A DNA stretch of 64,000 bases from Octopus bimaculoides (GCF_001194135.2 NC_068986.1:72381218-72445217); one strand, 5' to 3'. Shown: positions 1 through 12,253, numbered from the stretch's first letter. The notes: a model not told the origin generated them from the letters alone. Numbers and translations: made by a program.

Positions 1-29
<29 letters not shown>

Positions 30-32
<3 letters not shown>

Positions 33-68
33 AATAAAAACCAAACTGACTTTTTGGCCAACCCAGTA
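30..68 (-). mobile_element. Mariner-type TIR remnant
   Basis: Reverse complement tgtactgggttggccaaaaagtcagtttggtttttatt resembles a mariner terminus (TA-YTGGGTTGGCCAAAAAGT). Confidence 0.45.
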
Positions 69-107
69 CACTCACATAAACACCCCACACCCACACACAA
101 TGGTGTA

Positions 108-340
108 GACATAGGCTGTTTGTTCAAGAAGTTTGCTCTGCAACACTTCACAACCATGTTGTTTCACAATTAGTCCTACTCTTGGGCAAGAGTTATGTGT
201 CTTGTACTGGTTTTGGTTTGTTTACATCCCTGTAACTTAACGGTTTGGTAAAAGAGGCCAACAGAATAGGTACTGCTGGGGTTGATATATTTGACTATAC
301 CCTTCAAGACAATACCCCAGTATGGCTGCAATCCACTGTC
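108..340 (+). mobile_element. SINE family A, degenerate
   Basis: Shares tacatccctgtaacttaacggtttggtaaaagag...gtatggctgcaatc with other copies. Confidence 0.6.
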
Positions 341-906
341 AAAAACAAGTTAAAAGAAAGAATTAGAAGATACACACACACACATATGCACAGAGGCACT
401 TGTATCAACATTGCAATCCATACATTCAACCATATCCTACAAGGCAACAAACATCATAGGACCTCAATTATACCCACCAAAATAACAACATCATGAAATC
501 CAGTGCTTGCCTCAAACAATATACCAAAACTACATGCAACTGAAACTCAGTATTAAATAACTAAACCAGGCAATATATATAAAAATAAGATAAAACAAAA
601 CAGAAAACTAACAAACATTTGTATCCAACACAAACCACAAAACTAACAGCTCAGACAAACTATATATAGAGTAATTAAGTAGCATTAACAACTGCTAACC
701 ATACACCACCATCATTATTAACAACAACAACAACAGTGACACCACACCCTATGTCACAATAACAACCTCAAGTAATATGCCTATATTGTATCAGACATTT
801 CTTGAAAATCAAGTACTAAAACTATATGGAGAACACAGGGACATAAAACAAAAGTTATGCATCTTCCTCCTAAACCATGATTTTGCACCTCCACCTCCAC
901 CTTTTT

Positions 907-1322
907 AGGTATGGCTGTGTGGTTAAGAAGCTCACTTCCAACTACATGTTTTCAGGTTCAATCACACTGCATGCAACTTGTGAGTAAATTTTGTAAGGAG
1001 AACCTGCATGGAAGCCCATCACATGTATATGTTTGTGTGTGTGTGTGTGTGTGCGTGCGCACGTGCATGCATATGTGTATATGCGTGTGTGCATGCATGT
1101 GTGTGTGTGTGTGTGTGCAGGTGTGCATGCATGTGTGTGCGTTTTTGTGTCTGTGTTTGTCCCTCATAGCTTAGCAGTTCAGCAAAAATATAAATAGAAT
1201 AATCAACAGACTTAAAAAATAAGTACTCAGGTTGATTGGTTAGAGTAAAAACCTTTCAAGGCAATGCCTCTGTATGGCCATAGTCCAATGACTGAAACAA
1301 GTAAAAGATAAATGATAAAAGA
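907..1322 (+). mobile_element. SINE family A (tRNA-like head, central (TG)n/(TA)n, gaaacaagtaaaag tail)
   Basis: ggtatggctgtgtggttaagaag...aatgactgaaacaagtaaaag; recurs many times in the window. Confidence 0.8.
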
Positions 1323-1719
1323 TGAAAGATACTCCAAAAATAGCATGGAAACATAAAAACGTAAAAATTCAAATTGCAAAATCACAAATGTTATACTTAA
1401 AAACACCTGAGCCTTGACAGACATTGTATTACAAGGAAGCTGCATATCTGGGTCACACTTCATTGTTTTGGCTAATCCATAAACCAGTACAACACTAACA
1501 ACACAAACACATGAACTCACATCCTTAAATACGCCTATTCATACAAAATACTGGAAAACACATTCATGTCAATATCATAAACATGCATATACCTGCCAAT
1601 ACTGGAAAATACAAGTAAATATCTTTGATTGTTTTGATAATAAACCGTGACTGGGAAATTACTTACAAAATTATGCAAACAAGTATACTTTAGATGTATA
1701 ACTAGATATATAACTGTGA

Positions 1720-2062
1720 AGGTGCATGGCTCAATCGTTAGAATGTCAGGTTCACAAAGCATGAAATAGTGAGTTCAATACCCAGATCAGGCTGAGTGTT
1801 GTGTTTTTGAGCAAGACACTTTATTTCACATTGGTCCAGTTCACTCAGATGTAGAAATGAGTTACATCATCATTGGTGCCCAGCTGTATTGGTCTTTGCC
1901 TTTCCCTTGGATAACATTGGTGGCATGGAGAGGGTAGGCTGATATGCATGGGTGACTACTAGTCTTCCATAAACAACCTTGCCTAGACTTGTGCCCTGGA
2001 GAGGAACTTTCTAGGTGCAATCTCATGGTCATTCATGACCGAAGGTCTTTACCCTTTACCCT
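1720..2062 (+). mobile_element. SINE family C (tRNA-derived head)
   Basis: ggtgcatggctcaatcgttag (A-box-like)...gagttcaatacc (B-box-like)...tttaccctttacc tail. Inverted copy at 60372-60712. Confidence 0.8.
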
Positions 2063-2201
2063 AACTAATGCATGACCTGTTGTTTTATAACTGGAATAAG
2101 TTACACTTTGTTTCATTGAAATATAGGAATGTATTCAGAAAAGAATCAAACAAAATATGGTAAAACATACTGAAATAGAAGGAACATTTTCTAAATCAAA
2201 A

Positions 2202-2612
2202 TATTGGGTCATCCCATAAATAATGCAGTTTTTTTCAACTGTATGAACTAAAAGTCAGAGGGAGATGGGATAAACTATCTACATCAACTTGCTATAAAAG
2301 CAGGTGGTAATTTTACCTTGTACTTATTCTTAGTGCAAGTTTTGAAGAGTGCAATTCGATTTTAAAAGTTACTTTTTCAAAGCTATAATGGAAGTGACAA
2401 AGAAGCATATTTGGCAATATTCTACTTTATGCCTCAAAGTGTGCTCCTTATTGCTTTCTTGACTGGAAAAAGTCCATTTTTGCATCGAATCATTACTTGT
2501 GATGAGAAATGGATACGCTTTAATAACAACAGGCGAACAGGACAGTGATTAGATGCAGGAGAATCATCTAAACACTACTCAAACCCACCATTGCACCCTA
2601 AAAAGCTAGTGT
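2202..2612 (+). mobile_element. Mariner (DD34D-type) transposon relic, 5' TIR plus deleted transposase
   Basis: TA-ttgggtcatcccataaataatgc terminus. Translation PFLHRIITCDEKWIRFNNNRRTGQ*LDAGESSKHYSNPPLHPKKL contains the first catalytic Asp motif (IxTxDEKW) and LHPKK. Confidence 0.85.
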
Positions 2613-3347
2613 TGAGATCCAGGCCATGATTGACAAAGATGCCTCAAAGTCAATCAGGTCTATCACTAAGGACATGGGAGTATCTCAGTTTCTTATCAGG
2701 CAGGTAGTGCATGAAGACATTCGGTATTCCTTCATACAAGCCATCAAGGACAAGAGGAAAGACTGTACTATGAAGCTTTTGAACAAACTCAAGCATCCCT
2801 TTTAACTGAACATGCTTTGGCTTTTCTCAGACAAGAAAAATTTCTGCCAGGATGAGATGGTGAACACACAGAACAACTGTGTCCCCAAAACATGTACCAA
2901 GAGTGATAAAAATCAAACATCTAGTCAACATCATGGTGTTTGGAGTGATCACTAGTGATGACAACGTTATGCCTCCATTCACCTTCCCACACGGCCTACA
3001 TCAAGTGCCTGAAGGAGGTAGTGTTAGCCTAGGTCAAGGGGGTGGTTGCTGGAACACCCTATGTCTGGCAACAGGACTCTACATCATGCCACACAAGCAG
3101 GAGAACCCAATCGTAGCTGTGGGACAATTTCTGCGACCACATCACCCCTAACATCTGGCCACCTAACTCCCCACACTGCAACTCCCTTGACTATTATGTG
3201 TGGGGCACAGTTGAGCAAAAGACCAAGAAAACTCCTTATAACACCAAAGATGAGCTGAAGGCAAGGATTATGGCAGCATTCACCAACTCAAGCAGGGAGA
3301 CAGTCCAGAAGAGTTGCAGGAGATTCTGAAGTTGTCTGGAGGCCGTA
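2613..3347 (+). mobile_element. Tc1/mariner superfamily transposase relic (maT/rosa-like)
   Basis: Frameshifted segments EIQAMIDKDASKSIRSITKDMGVSQFLIRQVVHED, WLFSDKKNFCQD, IMVFGVITSDDNVMPPFTF and IWPPNSPHCNSLDYYVWGTVE...TKDELKARIMAAF. WPPNSPDxNPLDY is typical of the DD37D/DD41D groups. Confidence 0.8.
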
Positions 3348-3479
3348 TTTTTATGTAATTTTGGAAAAATATATGCTAAAATGAGATGTCATTATTATTT
3401 TCATTTTTACTTAGACGACAATTTATTCACCGCACCCTCTGTGTGTGTGCGTGTGTTGATGGTCTGGTCTAAAGGAAGG

Positions 3480-4020
3480 GCTGTGCCTGTAGCCTTCTCA
3501 AACCGTGTGAGATTTCCTGTTGATGCTCTTCGACATCATGTTAAAGGCTGCAGGAAAAATAAGGACAGGGAGAGAATTCCTGAGGAATGATGTTTTGGAA
3601 ACAGGGGAGTCGGGGTTACTCTAAGGAATGTATGAAGGGTGAACACAATATGGCGATGAGAGGGGGAGAGAAAAGTGAGACGAAAGTAAATAAGTGTAAG
3701 TGATAAGCGATCAGTCAGCTCCGAGAAGTATAGGTCGTCGTAAAAATGTTAGAAGAGAGAAAAATAAGTAATATGTCTGTATTGGTTAGCGATTTTATGC
3801 CCATGATCGGGAGGTCCTTTTTGTGATGCGATCTAGATGTGAGAGCAGTATGTCATTGAGTCTTACATGCGCTTTACAAAGGGTTAATAATGAGTGGAAG
3901 TATCTTCTGCTCCTGATGAGGAAGGCTAGCCTTTTACATACAGAAACTGTTGTTGTGGATGTGTGATCTGGTGGTATCAACAATAACGACGAGGGCTAGT
4001 ATTTATAGTGAGGGTTCCAG
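3480..4020 (-). mobile_element. CR1/Jockey-like LINE 3' fragment
   Basis: ORF 3795-3983: KRLAFLIRSRRYFHSLLTLCKAHVR...LSHLDRITKRTSR resembles the RT C-terminal region (LGFLxRxxxYF...LLTLYKAQVR...LDRIQxRA). WNSLP-like sequence follows downstream. Confidence 0.6.
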
Positions 4021-4030
4021 TTGCGTGTTG

Positions 4031-4269
4031 GGTACTACTAAAGCAGCACGGTCCCGAGCGCGCGGTCGCGCGTCCGCGCTAGCCAGTCGTGAGTGGTCGA
4101 TCCTAGCCCTGACCCTGTCCCTAACCCTAACCCGCGTATGCAAATGAATACGTGTTTAGGGTTAGGGTTAGGGACAGGGTCAGGGCTAGGATCGACCACT
4201 CACGACTAGCTAGCGCGGACACGCGACTACACAGCTGCGCGTTCGGGACCGTGCTGCTTTAGTAGTACC
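4031..4269. mobile_element. Palindromic MITE, 8-bp TSD, GG termini (Merlin-like), with internal telomeric repeats
   Basis: 27-bp perfect terminal IR ggtactactaaagcagcacggtcccga. Arms pair almost to the centre (loop ~4140-4147). TSD gcgtgttg at 4023-4030 and 4270-4277. Inner arms contain ccctaaccctaaccc and ttagggttagggttaggg. Confidence 0.9.
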
Positions 4270-4277
4270 GCGTGTTG

Positions 4278-4633
4278 TTTTCTTGTTACGCGTGGGTATG
4301 TAACTGTCTTACGTTATATTATTCGGGTGAAGTGAGATCTCATGTCTGAAAGGTCGCGTCGAAAAAGATCTCAGAAGTATAAATAAACCTTATATTGGAC
4401 CATATGTAATTAAAGGTTGTGAACTAGTGAGTAAATAATATATCTTCCGGAACTCTCCGCTTATTTCCGTTTCGTTGTGAACATCAGTGGGCACTCTGTC
4501 GTCATGAGGTGTCGTCATAATAATGGGATAGCGGAATCTGTCGATTAGGTACGTAGTGAAACGGAAACAGCCATCACTGGCAGCAGCTGCTGTGTCTGGC
4601 TAAACAACTGTTTAGTAATAGCACGTTAACCCA
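4278..4633 (+). promoter_or_regulatory. CpG-enriched putative promoter/5' UTR of the RAB11FIP gene
   Basis: CpG density is visibly higher than in the depleted flanks and the region lies directly upstream of the first coding exon. TSS not determinable. Confidence 0.45.
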
Positions 4634-4807
4634 ATGTTATGCATACATGATATGGACAACCAAACTATTTCTAGCGCCGGTAGTTCAGAATCTTTGAACA
4701 GACTTAAGACTGTGTTTGAAGTGTGTGATGAGAAAAACGATGGATACATTACAATCGAGCATTTCGAAAACTTGATTCGCGAACATTTTGGAGAGGGAGA
4801 AAGTGAG
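4634..4807 (+). CDS. RAB11FIP3/4: Rab11 family-interacting protein 3/4-like, coding exon 1 (EF-hand 1)
   Basis: Translates MLCIHDMDNQTISSAGSSESLNRLKTVFEVCDEKNDGYITIEHFENLIREHFGEGESE; RLKTVFEVCDEKNDGYI matches the N-terminal EF-hand of class II Rab11-FIPs. Donor GAG|GTAAGT at 4808, phase 0. Alternative in-frame ATG at 4652. Confidence 0.85.
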
Positions 4808-7361
4808 GTAAGTTGTTTATTTTGTGTGTGTGTGTCTTAAATGGAGAAGTAAAAGTAATATAATAAATATATCCAAGAATAGAACTGTTCAGTGTTACTA
4901 GAGAAAGATATTTCTCTTCATCTGTATTTTTAATATCAATTAACAAGCTGTACAAGTGTCATGTACTTTTTTGATAATCTTTGAATATGTATGATTCATC
5001 GAAATATCCACTTCTTTCCCGTTTCTTTTTTTATTCATATAGTTGGTTAAATATAATTTAACCGACTGTACATATCTTTTAGCAAGTAATAACCATTAAA
5101 TAGTTTCTTTTTAATAATTTTCTCACAACGTTTTATTACTCTGGTGGCGTTATAATTTATTTAATAAAAGTCCTTACATCACTTTTCAGGTGTATCTTAT
5201 CTCTGAATTATCCGATTTAACACTTGCATTGATTGAGTGTGTGCAAAGAATAAAGTGGAGTTTCTGTTTTTCGTTTTTGTTTTTTTGCAAGCGTCTAGGT
5301 TAGTTTTAACGGAAACCTCACGACGATCGTCGACATGGTTTATTTTGATTATTAACTATCTCTACTTTAAAGCAGACCGATCCTTTTTTAATTTAGTTGA
5401 CATATAAAAACAAACATAATTTAGCGTCATTATTTTTAGGCTGGTTGTCTTTTAAAAGAGTCTGTTAAAAAGTAGAAGACGCCCCTTCACCTCAGAAGTT
5501 GTAAATGTATTCCAAATGTTAAAAACTCTAATTCTCTCTGTCAAATAGCCATCATATCGTACCCTACCGTCTGATCATAGGTCTGGGTCTTCTCGACCTG
5601 CGCTGACTTGGGGCTAAACAACAACTGTCAAAAGTAATTTTTAATTGTTGCTGAAAGAAATAAGGAAATATTTAGAAGTTTTATTTTTATTTTTACAGTT
5701 TATAAAGGTGGACATAGTCTTCTTTTATACTTTTGTACTAAGTGCCAGATTTTATTTCATATGTTAAAATATAGTTTCAGGATTGTAATATTTCTAAATA
5801 GTTTTTTCTTCTTTGAATGAAAGGGAAATTAAAATACATGGAATTAGATAAATAAGAATTGTAAACTTTCACCCGTTTAAAAGTTTTAAAAAAAACCCAA
5901 AACTACAAAATGTGATAACCTTCACATTCCTGTGCACTTCCAAATTACACACGCGCGTATGTATGTATGTATGTATGTATGTATAACAATGCATATATAT
6001 ATATATTTCAATTCATACTTAAATTTTCGAGAGGTAAGGTTGTATTTTTACTGCCTTATACAGTACACGACAAAGCCTCTATATGGTCGCTCGATCTGCT
6101 AGGAATAACAGCCAGCCCCTCGCTCAACTCATACTCTAATCTTCCGCTTCCAAAGAAAAAATAAAATAAAATGATCCCCCCCCCCCCCAAANNNNNNNNN
6201 NAAAAAAAAAACGACGCATTGAATGAAGTAGTGCTCGATGTCCATAAAAATGGGCTGGTCACTGCTGAAATGTCTTGTCATATTTCCGCCCGTGTCAGCC
6301 TGCTGTTGAATACCATTTCACGGACGTGCAACAAACGGTGAACATTCTTGATGTGAGCACAACTTAAAAGAAAATCAAACACAGTATTTGTATGATGTTA
6401 ATGTGTTTCTACTTCGAGATTGTTACATGCGTATATTTATGGTACAGAAGATAATTTTATTTTTGATGTTATTGTATGGATTAACTGTTTTTACAATGAA
6501 AAGCTTGTCTACTTTGCAAGGTTACCCTAGAATTCAAATAAAATGAGATATTAATTTTAAAAGTCTGTAAAAATATAGAGAATCTACGTATTCTGTTAAC
6601 TTAGATGACTAAATGTTGTATATTGTCGAATGAGGCGTTTTCAATATTTAGTTTATGTTGTCAAATGAGGCGTTTTCAATATTTAGTAAGTTAAAAGAGC
6701 GTTATCAGCTGATTAACACCGATTCACTCACAATGGTTGAGTTGGTTGTAAAGTTGGTCTCGAGGTTGGAAGGTTGCTAGTTCATAACTCATCATTTGGC
6801 ATTGTATGGAACAATGTACGAATCTGGTCAAAATACTAGGTTACATGTCATTTAATTGTCAAAAGGACTGGTTTTGAAAATACAAGAACGAATCTTGGAG
6901 CGTCGAGTTGAAATTCATTTAAAATTTGAGTTTTACAGTGCCTAGATTTTATTTGGGCACTACGTGGATGGATATTGATTAAGCGCAACAAGGCCGAAAT
7001 GCATCTGATATTCTCGGTAGCCCTTGCTAGATGATTTTCATCTCCCCTGATATGTATAATGTTTTTATACAGAATACGTCCATAAGCGATGTTCTCTCTA
7101 GATGAATACCACAATAATTTGCTGTCCAATGGATGTATTCATATTAAGTACAATACATAGATATCTACTTTAATTTAATACTGGTTTTATTGTTCTCTCT
7201 TTCACACACACAGGAGAGTAATACTCTCTTCACTCTTTCTAATGATGTGAATGTCTTCTACACCCATGAAACTTCAAGTAATGTAGATCTGAGTCAAACT
7301 CTTATTAAGTATACATATTTTATACACACACACACACACACACACATTACCAACATATTTG

Positions 7362-8040
7362 GGCATAGGTATGGATGTATGGTTAAGAAGTTCCCAGCTA
7401 CATAGTTTTGGGTTCAGTCCTACTTTATGGTACCTTGTGCAAATGTCTTCTACTGTTGCCTCAGAGCCTTGTGAGTGTATTTGGTAGGCAGAAACTGAAA
7501 GAAGACTTTTATATATATGTGTCTCTTTGTCTTGATGTCATGCCTAGTTGTAAACAAATTTTGTCATTTATTTCCAATCTTCCATGAAAATATGTTTGAC
7601 CATATGGGGAAATATTGCTTTGCTTGGAAACTGGTGAGATTTGAAATCACAAATATCCATGCCAGTATTAAAAAGTGGACATTAATTTGATGATGATGAT
7701 ATATGAATATATATATATATTTCTTTGCAACCCTGTAGTTTTGGGTTCAGTGCCAATGTGTAGCACCTTGGGAAAATGCCTTCTGGTATGGCCCTGAGTT
7801 GACCAAAGCTTCATAGTCAACTTGGAGTTGTAACCAGAAACTCATGTGTGTGCCATTCTTTGTGTTTGTTCCTCATTGCTTCACAACTGATGTAATTTTG
7901 TACATGTCTTTGTAATTTATTGATTTGGCAAAAAGAGGCCAATAGAACAAGCACCAGACTTAAAAATTGGGGCCAGTTTGGTCAACTAAATCATTCAAAG
8001 TAGTATCCCAGCATGGCTGCAATCCAGTGAGTAATAGAAT
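7362..8040 (+). mobile_element. Two adjacent degenerate SINE copies (family A-related)
   Basis: Heads gggttcagtcctac (~7411) and gggttcagtgcca (~7743); second copy ends cagcatggctgcaatc. Confidence 0.65.
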
Positions 8041-8299
8041 GATATTACAAATGTGTATGTAATATATATCTGCTCATAACTACATATACACCTAAAACAA
8101 TTAGCACAAACATGGTACATACTACTAAGTCAGACTCATTTGTGAGTGATGATTGTGGGTTTTTTCTCTTGCTAATTGGTTTAGGTTCCTATGTACTCAT
8201 GAGCAGATATAAACACTCTCTCAGTAATACCATTTACCTATCCAAACAACAGAACTGAGTTCGTTGTTGGTTAATTTTGACATAACCTGTATTCGTGTA

Positions 8300-9680
8300 A
8301 GCCTCTACATATATCCCTCATGATTTAAGAATAACAGCAATAAAAAAAAAACATAGGGAACCAATTCCTAGTAGATTGTATCATAGACTTTGTTAGTTGC
8401 TATTAGTCTTAATTATATGCTGTTTTATGGAAAACACTCTACAGATTTGAGTGACAGCTATGATAATCAAATTTGCTCTAGTATATGCAAACTTGGTAAT
8501 GAGATGCTTAGAACAAAACTATATCAAAAAAGTAGAAGAAAAGTATGGTACTGTGTTCAGAAGACGGATTTTCTTTCTTTTTTGCTCACTGTTTTCTAAT
8601 TTGGACAAGCACCACAAAATTACCATTTCTCAAAATAGTGATGATAATAATATCACAACATATAAATTATAAAGATACATCAATACCTGATCTTCAGATC
8701 ATATCACCTAACACATAAAGCATAACATCCATACTGTCTAACCAGATAAATTTGTACTATTGTTGATGATGTAAATGTCATACAAGAATGATTCCCAAAA
8801 CAAAAAGGATTTTCACTCAGACAAAAATATCTGCCCCTACTTAAACAAAATTGTATAGAACTTACAAAACAAATACCTATAGTATTTATAATACTTGTAG
8901 TGACATATAATCCATTTAATTATGGTATTTTTTTTTTTTTGTCACCAAGGCATGACTGTGGTAAGAGGCATGGTTCCAGGTTCAGTCCTACTGTGTGGCA
9001 CCTTGGATAAGGGCTTTCTACTATAGCCTCAGACCAACTTAAACCTTGTGGGTGGATTTGGTGAATCGAAATTGAAAAAAGCCCATTGTGTATATATGTG
9101 TGTCTTTGTATCTGTTTGTCCCTCACCACTGCTTGATAACTGGTGTTGGTGTGTTTACATTCCCATAACTTAGTGGTTCACCAAAAGAAGCAAATAGAAT
9201 ATGTACTAGACTTAAGAGAAATAAAATAAGTACTGGGGTTGATTCATTTGGCTAAAAATTCTTCAAGGCAGTGCCCCAGCATGGCTGCAGTCTAATGATT
9301 GAAACAAGTAAAAGATAAAAGAAAATAGATTTCTTGTTCAAAGCAAACAACCAAAAAACTCATTTGTTGACAAAGACAAAGTTTGATCTAAACAGCGAGA
9401 ACACTTCACAGTATCTAACTGCAATGACTATCATTGGTGGTATGTGTCAATGTGTGCATGCTGGTCATTATATCCACACAAAAACCATCAGGAAAATATT
9501 TACAAGTGCAAGTGTGAATGTAAAAGCAGAAATCCAATATACTGTATCAAATGCCCAAATCTTGAAGAGATATATATTAGCCAGACTGGAAATTCATTAT
9601 TTGAGGACACGCAAATACACTGGCAGCAAATTAGGCACCCTATTAAATGATCATTTGGAAATATGTTACAGTAAAATTTT
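8300..9680 (+). mobile_element. Penelope-like element relic (RT thumb plus GIY-YIG endonuclease), interrupted by a SINE at ~8948-9325
   Basis: KHNIH.CLTR*ICTIVDDVN near 8715-8780. ORF 9444-9650 CECKSRNPIYCIKCPNLEEIYISQTGNSLFE...HWQQIRHP matches the GIY-YIG motif (YCIxCxxCxxxYIGQT). Confidence 0.75.
8948..9325 (+). mobile_element. SINE family A
   Basis: ggcatgactgtggtaag...gattgaaacaagtaaaagataaaag. Confidence 0.8.
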
Positions 9681-9929
9681 TTTTTTTTTTTCATATTTCC
9701 ATTTTGCAAACTTTATATTACTCAAGTGAAGTTTAAAGAACAAAAGAAAAGAATTTTATTGAGTTTATTGAATTCAAACCAATTCCGATAGCTTTTGTTA
9801 AAGCTAAGAAACATAACTCAAATAAAGTAACAAGTAAACAGTTGGTAGCAATGACATTGCTGTCACTGTGGTCCTTTATCATCTTCACCATGAGATTCAA
9901 AGTTCTGAGATCAGCATCCACCACTCCTT

Positions 9930-10545
9930 CCTCATGAAGTGATCAGCACATCATTCTACAGCTGTCCTTATCCATATGCATTACATGTCCATACCATGAA
10001 GTATTTTCTTGCATACTACATGTGATTCCTCTTATGCTAAGATTTTCTCTCAACACGTTTGTACTGTCATTCATGCACACTTACACCACACATCTGATGG
10101 AGTGTGCAAGCTTCATTTCTTTCCAGTCTTCTCCCGTCCTTTGCATTTAAAGCCCATTTCTCACTTCCGTGCAGCATTCACTCTGAGAGAAAAGACCTTT
10201 GTTGCCAACAGCAGTTGTAACTCCCTGAACTTTCTCCAACCTTTTCTTACTCTGGTTACTATACTTTCCAAACAACCACCTTTCTTACTAATTACATCTC
10301 AACAGCGAAAGCTATCAACTGATTCTTGTGAGCCATCCAGGCATTTAAGAGAATCTATTACTGGTGCTCATTGCATATACTACTCCAATGTATCTGATAT
10401 ACAAAGCTTACATTCTCTCTTAGTTTGCCAGTGGTTCCACTATATTTCTGGTGTGTCTTAAGGTTATATTTGGTACAGCATATGAAGATTATACCCACTC
10501 ATTTTCTTTATATTGAGCAAGGCCATTTTCTTGAAGATACCAGGT
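9930..10545 (-). mobile_element. RTE-clade LINE relic
   Basis: Minus-strand translation GGCLESIVTRVRKGWRKFRELQLLLATKVFSLRV, typical RTE RT C-terminus. Confidence 0.7.
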
Positions 10546-11819
10546 TCTTATATTTTTTGTTTTTAAGTCAAGTTATATATAAAAAACATTAAACTGAAGA
10601 AGTACTCAATACTTTTCTTTTAAACTTTTACATGGAGAGGTGTAAAAGTTTAATATGTATGTGTGTGTAATGCACACACACATTGTTTTTATTTAATGTC
10701 CATTTTCCCTACCGGCATGGCTAAGTGGTTTGACAGGATTCAACAAGATGGACTATTGGGTTTCACTGTCTGCTTCAGCATGATTTCTACAGCTGGATGC
10801 CCTTCCTAATACTAGTTCACCAAATAACTTGCAAGACAAAAGAAGAAAGAAGCATCCCTCAACTAAGTGGGGGTAGGGTTGTAAAGAGGGAGGTGACATT
10901 ATGCCTGATGTTGAGAGGTGAAAGTATGATAGAGGGAAAAGCATTACTGTAGAGGAGATATGTGGTTATCCCACATTATATAAGGGTAACTGAGTAGCTG
11001 GAAAGCAAGATTAAGATGGTAGTGATGAGATGTCATCATAATCTCAAGGTACAAGGAGGTGAGTGTAAGCGAGAATATGGTCAGAGTATTTGAAAGGGTG
11101 GATGGTTAAGTCCGTAAAGGTGTAAGAGGAGAGTGATAGATGGTTAGAGATGAGGCTAGAGGTGAATGTAGTAAATGACGAACAAGGGTGTAAGTGGGGT
11201 CCATGGTAAATATCAGTTTTGAGGAGGAGATGACAAGTGGAAGGGTGGGGAGCAGTAGTATAATAAACCTGTAGATAACTCAAACATAAGGAGGTGATGT
11301 GCAGGGTGGGAGAGTGTAGAAGAAAGAGATGTTCAATGATAGTGATGGTATTCAGAAGTATAAAGGGGTGAACATAGTGAATGGCAGACAAAGGTGGTGG
11401 TGGTGGGGGTCTTGACAGCAGATATGTGAAGGTTTTAAAGATGACGTATGGCAGCATAAGATGTAGCTCAGGATTTGAGGGGTGATCTGAAATCATCGAA
11501 GCTAGATGAAATTGATTTCATCCTAAACTCCCAAATTTCACTCAAAGCATTAATGAATTTGAAGTCATAACTGAACACTCTTATCCAAGATGCTATCCTT
11601 TGCTTTTTAACCACATAAATTTGCCTGTGTTTGCATTCTTTTTAGTTTTTGGAGAATTCACTGCGAGTGTGGATTCAAGTCTAGCTACACAAACTTTTCT
11701 CTTATATGAAAATACTAATGAATTACGTCATATTAAGAGTTTTTAAAGATACATACAAAGTAGCTTGCTTATTCCACTTCATCAAAAATTGAAAAAAATT
11801 CTAGAAAATCAACAAATAG

Positions 11820-11991
11820 GTGCAGGAGTGGCTGTGTGGTAAGTAGCTTGCTTACCAACCACATGGTCCCGGGTTCAGTCCCACTGTGTGGCACCTTGGG
11901 CAAGTATCTTCTACTATAACTTTGGACCAACCAAAGCCTTGTGAGTGGATTTGGTAGATGGAAACTGAAAGAAGCCTGTCGTATATGTATG

Positions 11992-12043
<52 letters not shown>

Positions 12044-12253
12044 TGTGTGTGTGTCTGTTTGCCCCCCCCCCCCACATCACTTGACAACCGATGCTAGTGT
12101 ATTTACGTCCCTGTAACTTAGTGGTTCGGTAAAAGAGACTGATAGAATAAGTACTAGACTTACAAAGAATAAGCTCTGGGGGCGATTTGCTTGACTAAAG
12201 GCAGTGCTCCAGCATGGCCGCAGCCAAATGACTGAAACGAGTAAAAGAGTAAA
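11820..12253 (+). mobile_element. SINE family A, well-preserved copy
   Basis: gtgcaggagtggctgtgtggtaagtagcttgc...ccagcatggccgcagccaaatgactgaaacgagtaaaagag. Confidence 0.85.

Noticed and set aside
911-1174. ORFs rich in CV/HT/YI dipeptides (also 958-1167, 11769-12080, 13346-13531, 13747-14352)
   Set aside because: Translations of (TG)n/(TA)n microsatellites, SINE bodies or N gaps.
1720-1790. tRNA gene
   Set aside because: A/B-box-like head continues into a repeated SINE body with a second copy at 60372-60712; no complete cloverleaf evident.
4118-4190. Interstitial telomere or chromosome-fusion scar
   Set aside because: Only 2-3 perfect units per side, embedded in a TSD-flanked palindrome; a transposon explains it better than a fusion site.
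6848-7129. 93-aa minus-strand ORF with relatively high CpG
   Set aside because: No recognisable motif; possibly a decayed LINE but not supportable.
11044-11496. 150-aa ORFs in purine/pyrimidine-biased tracts (also 37932-38410, 48050-48364, 56951-57403)
   Set aside because: Low-complexity L/H/S/P-rich translations or antisense reads of decayed repeats, with no recognisable domain.
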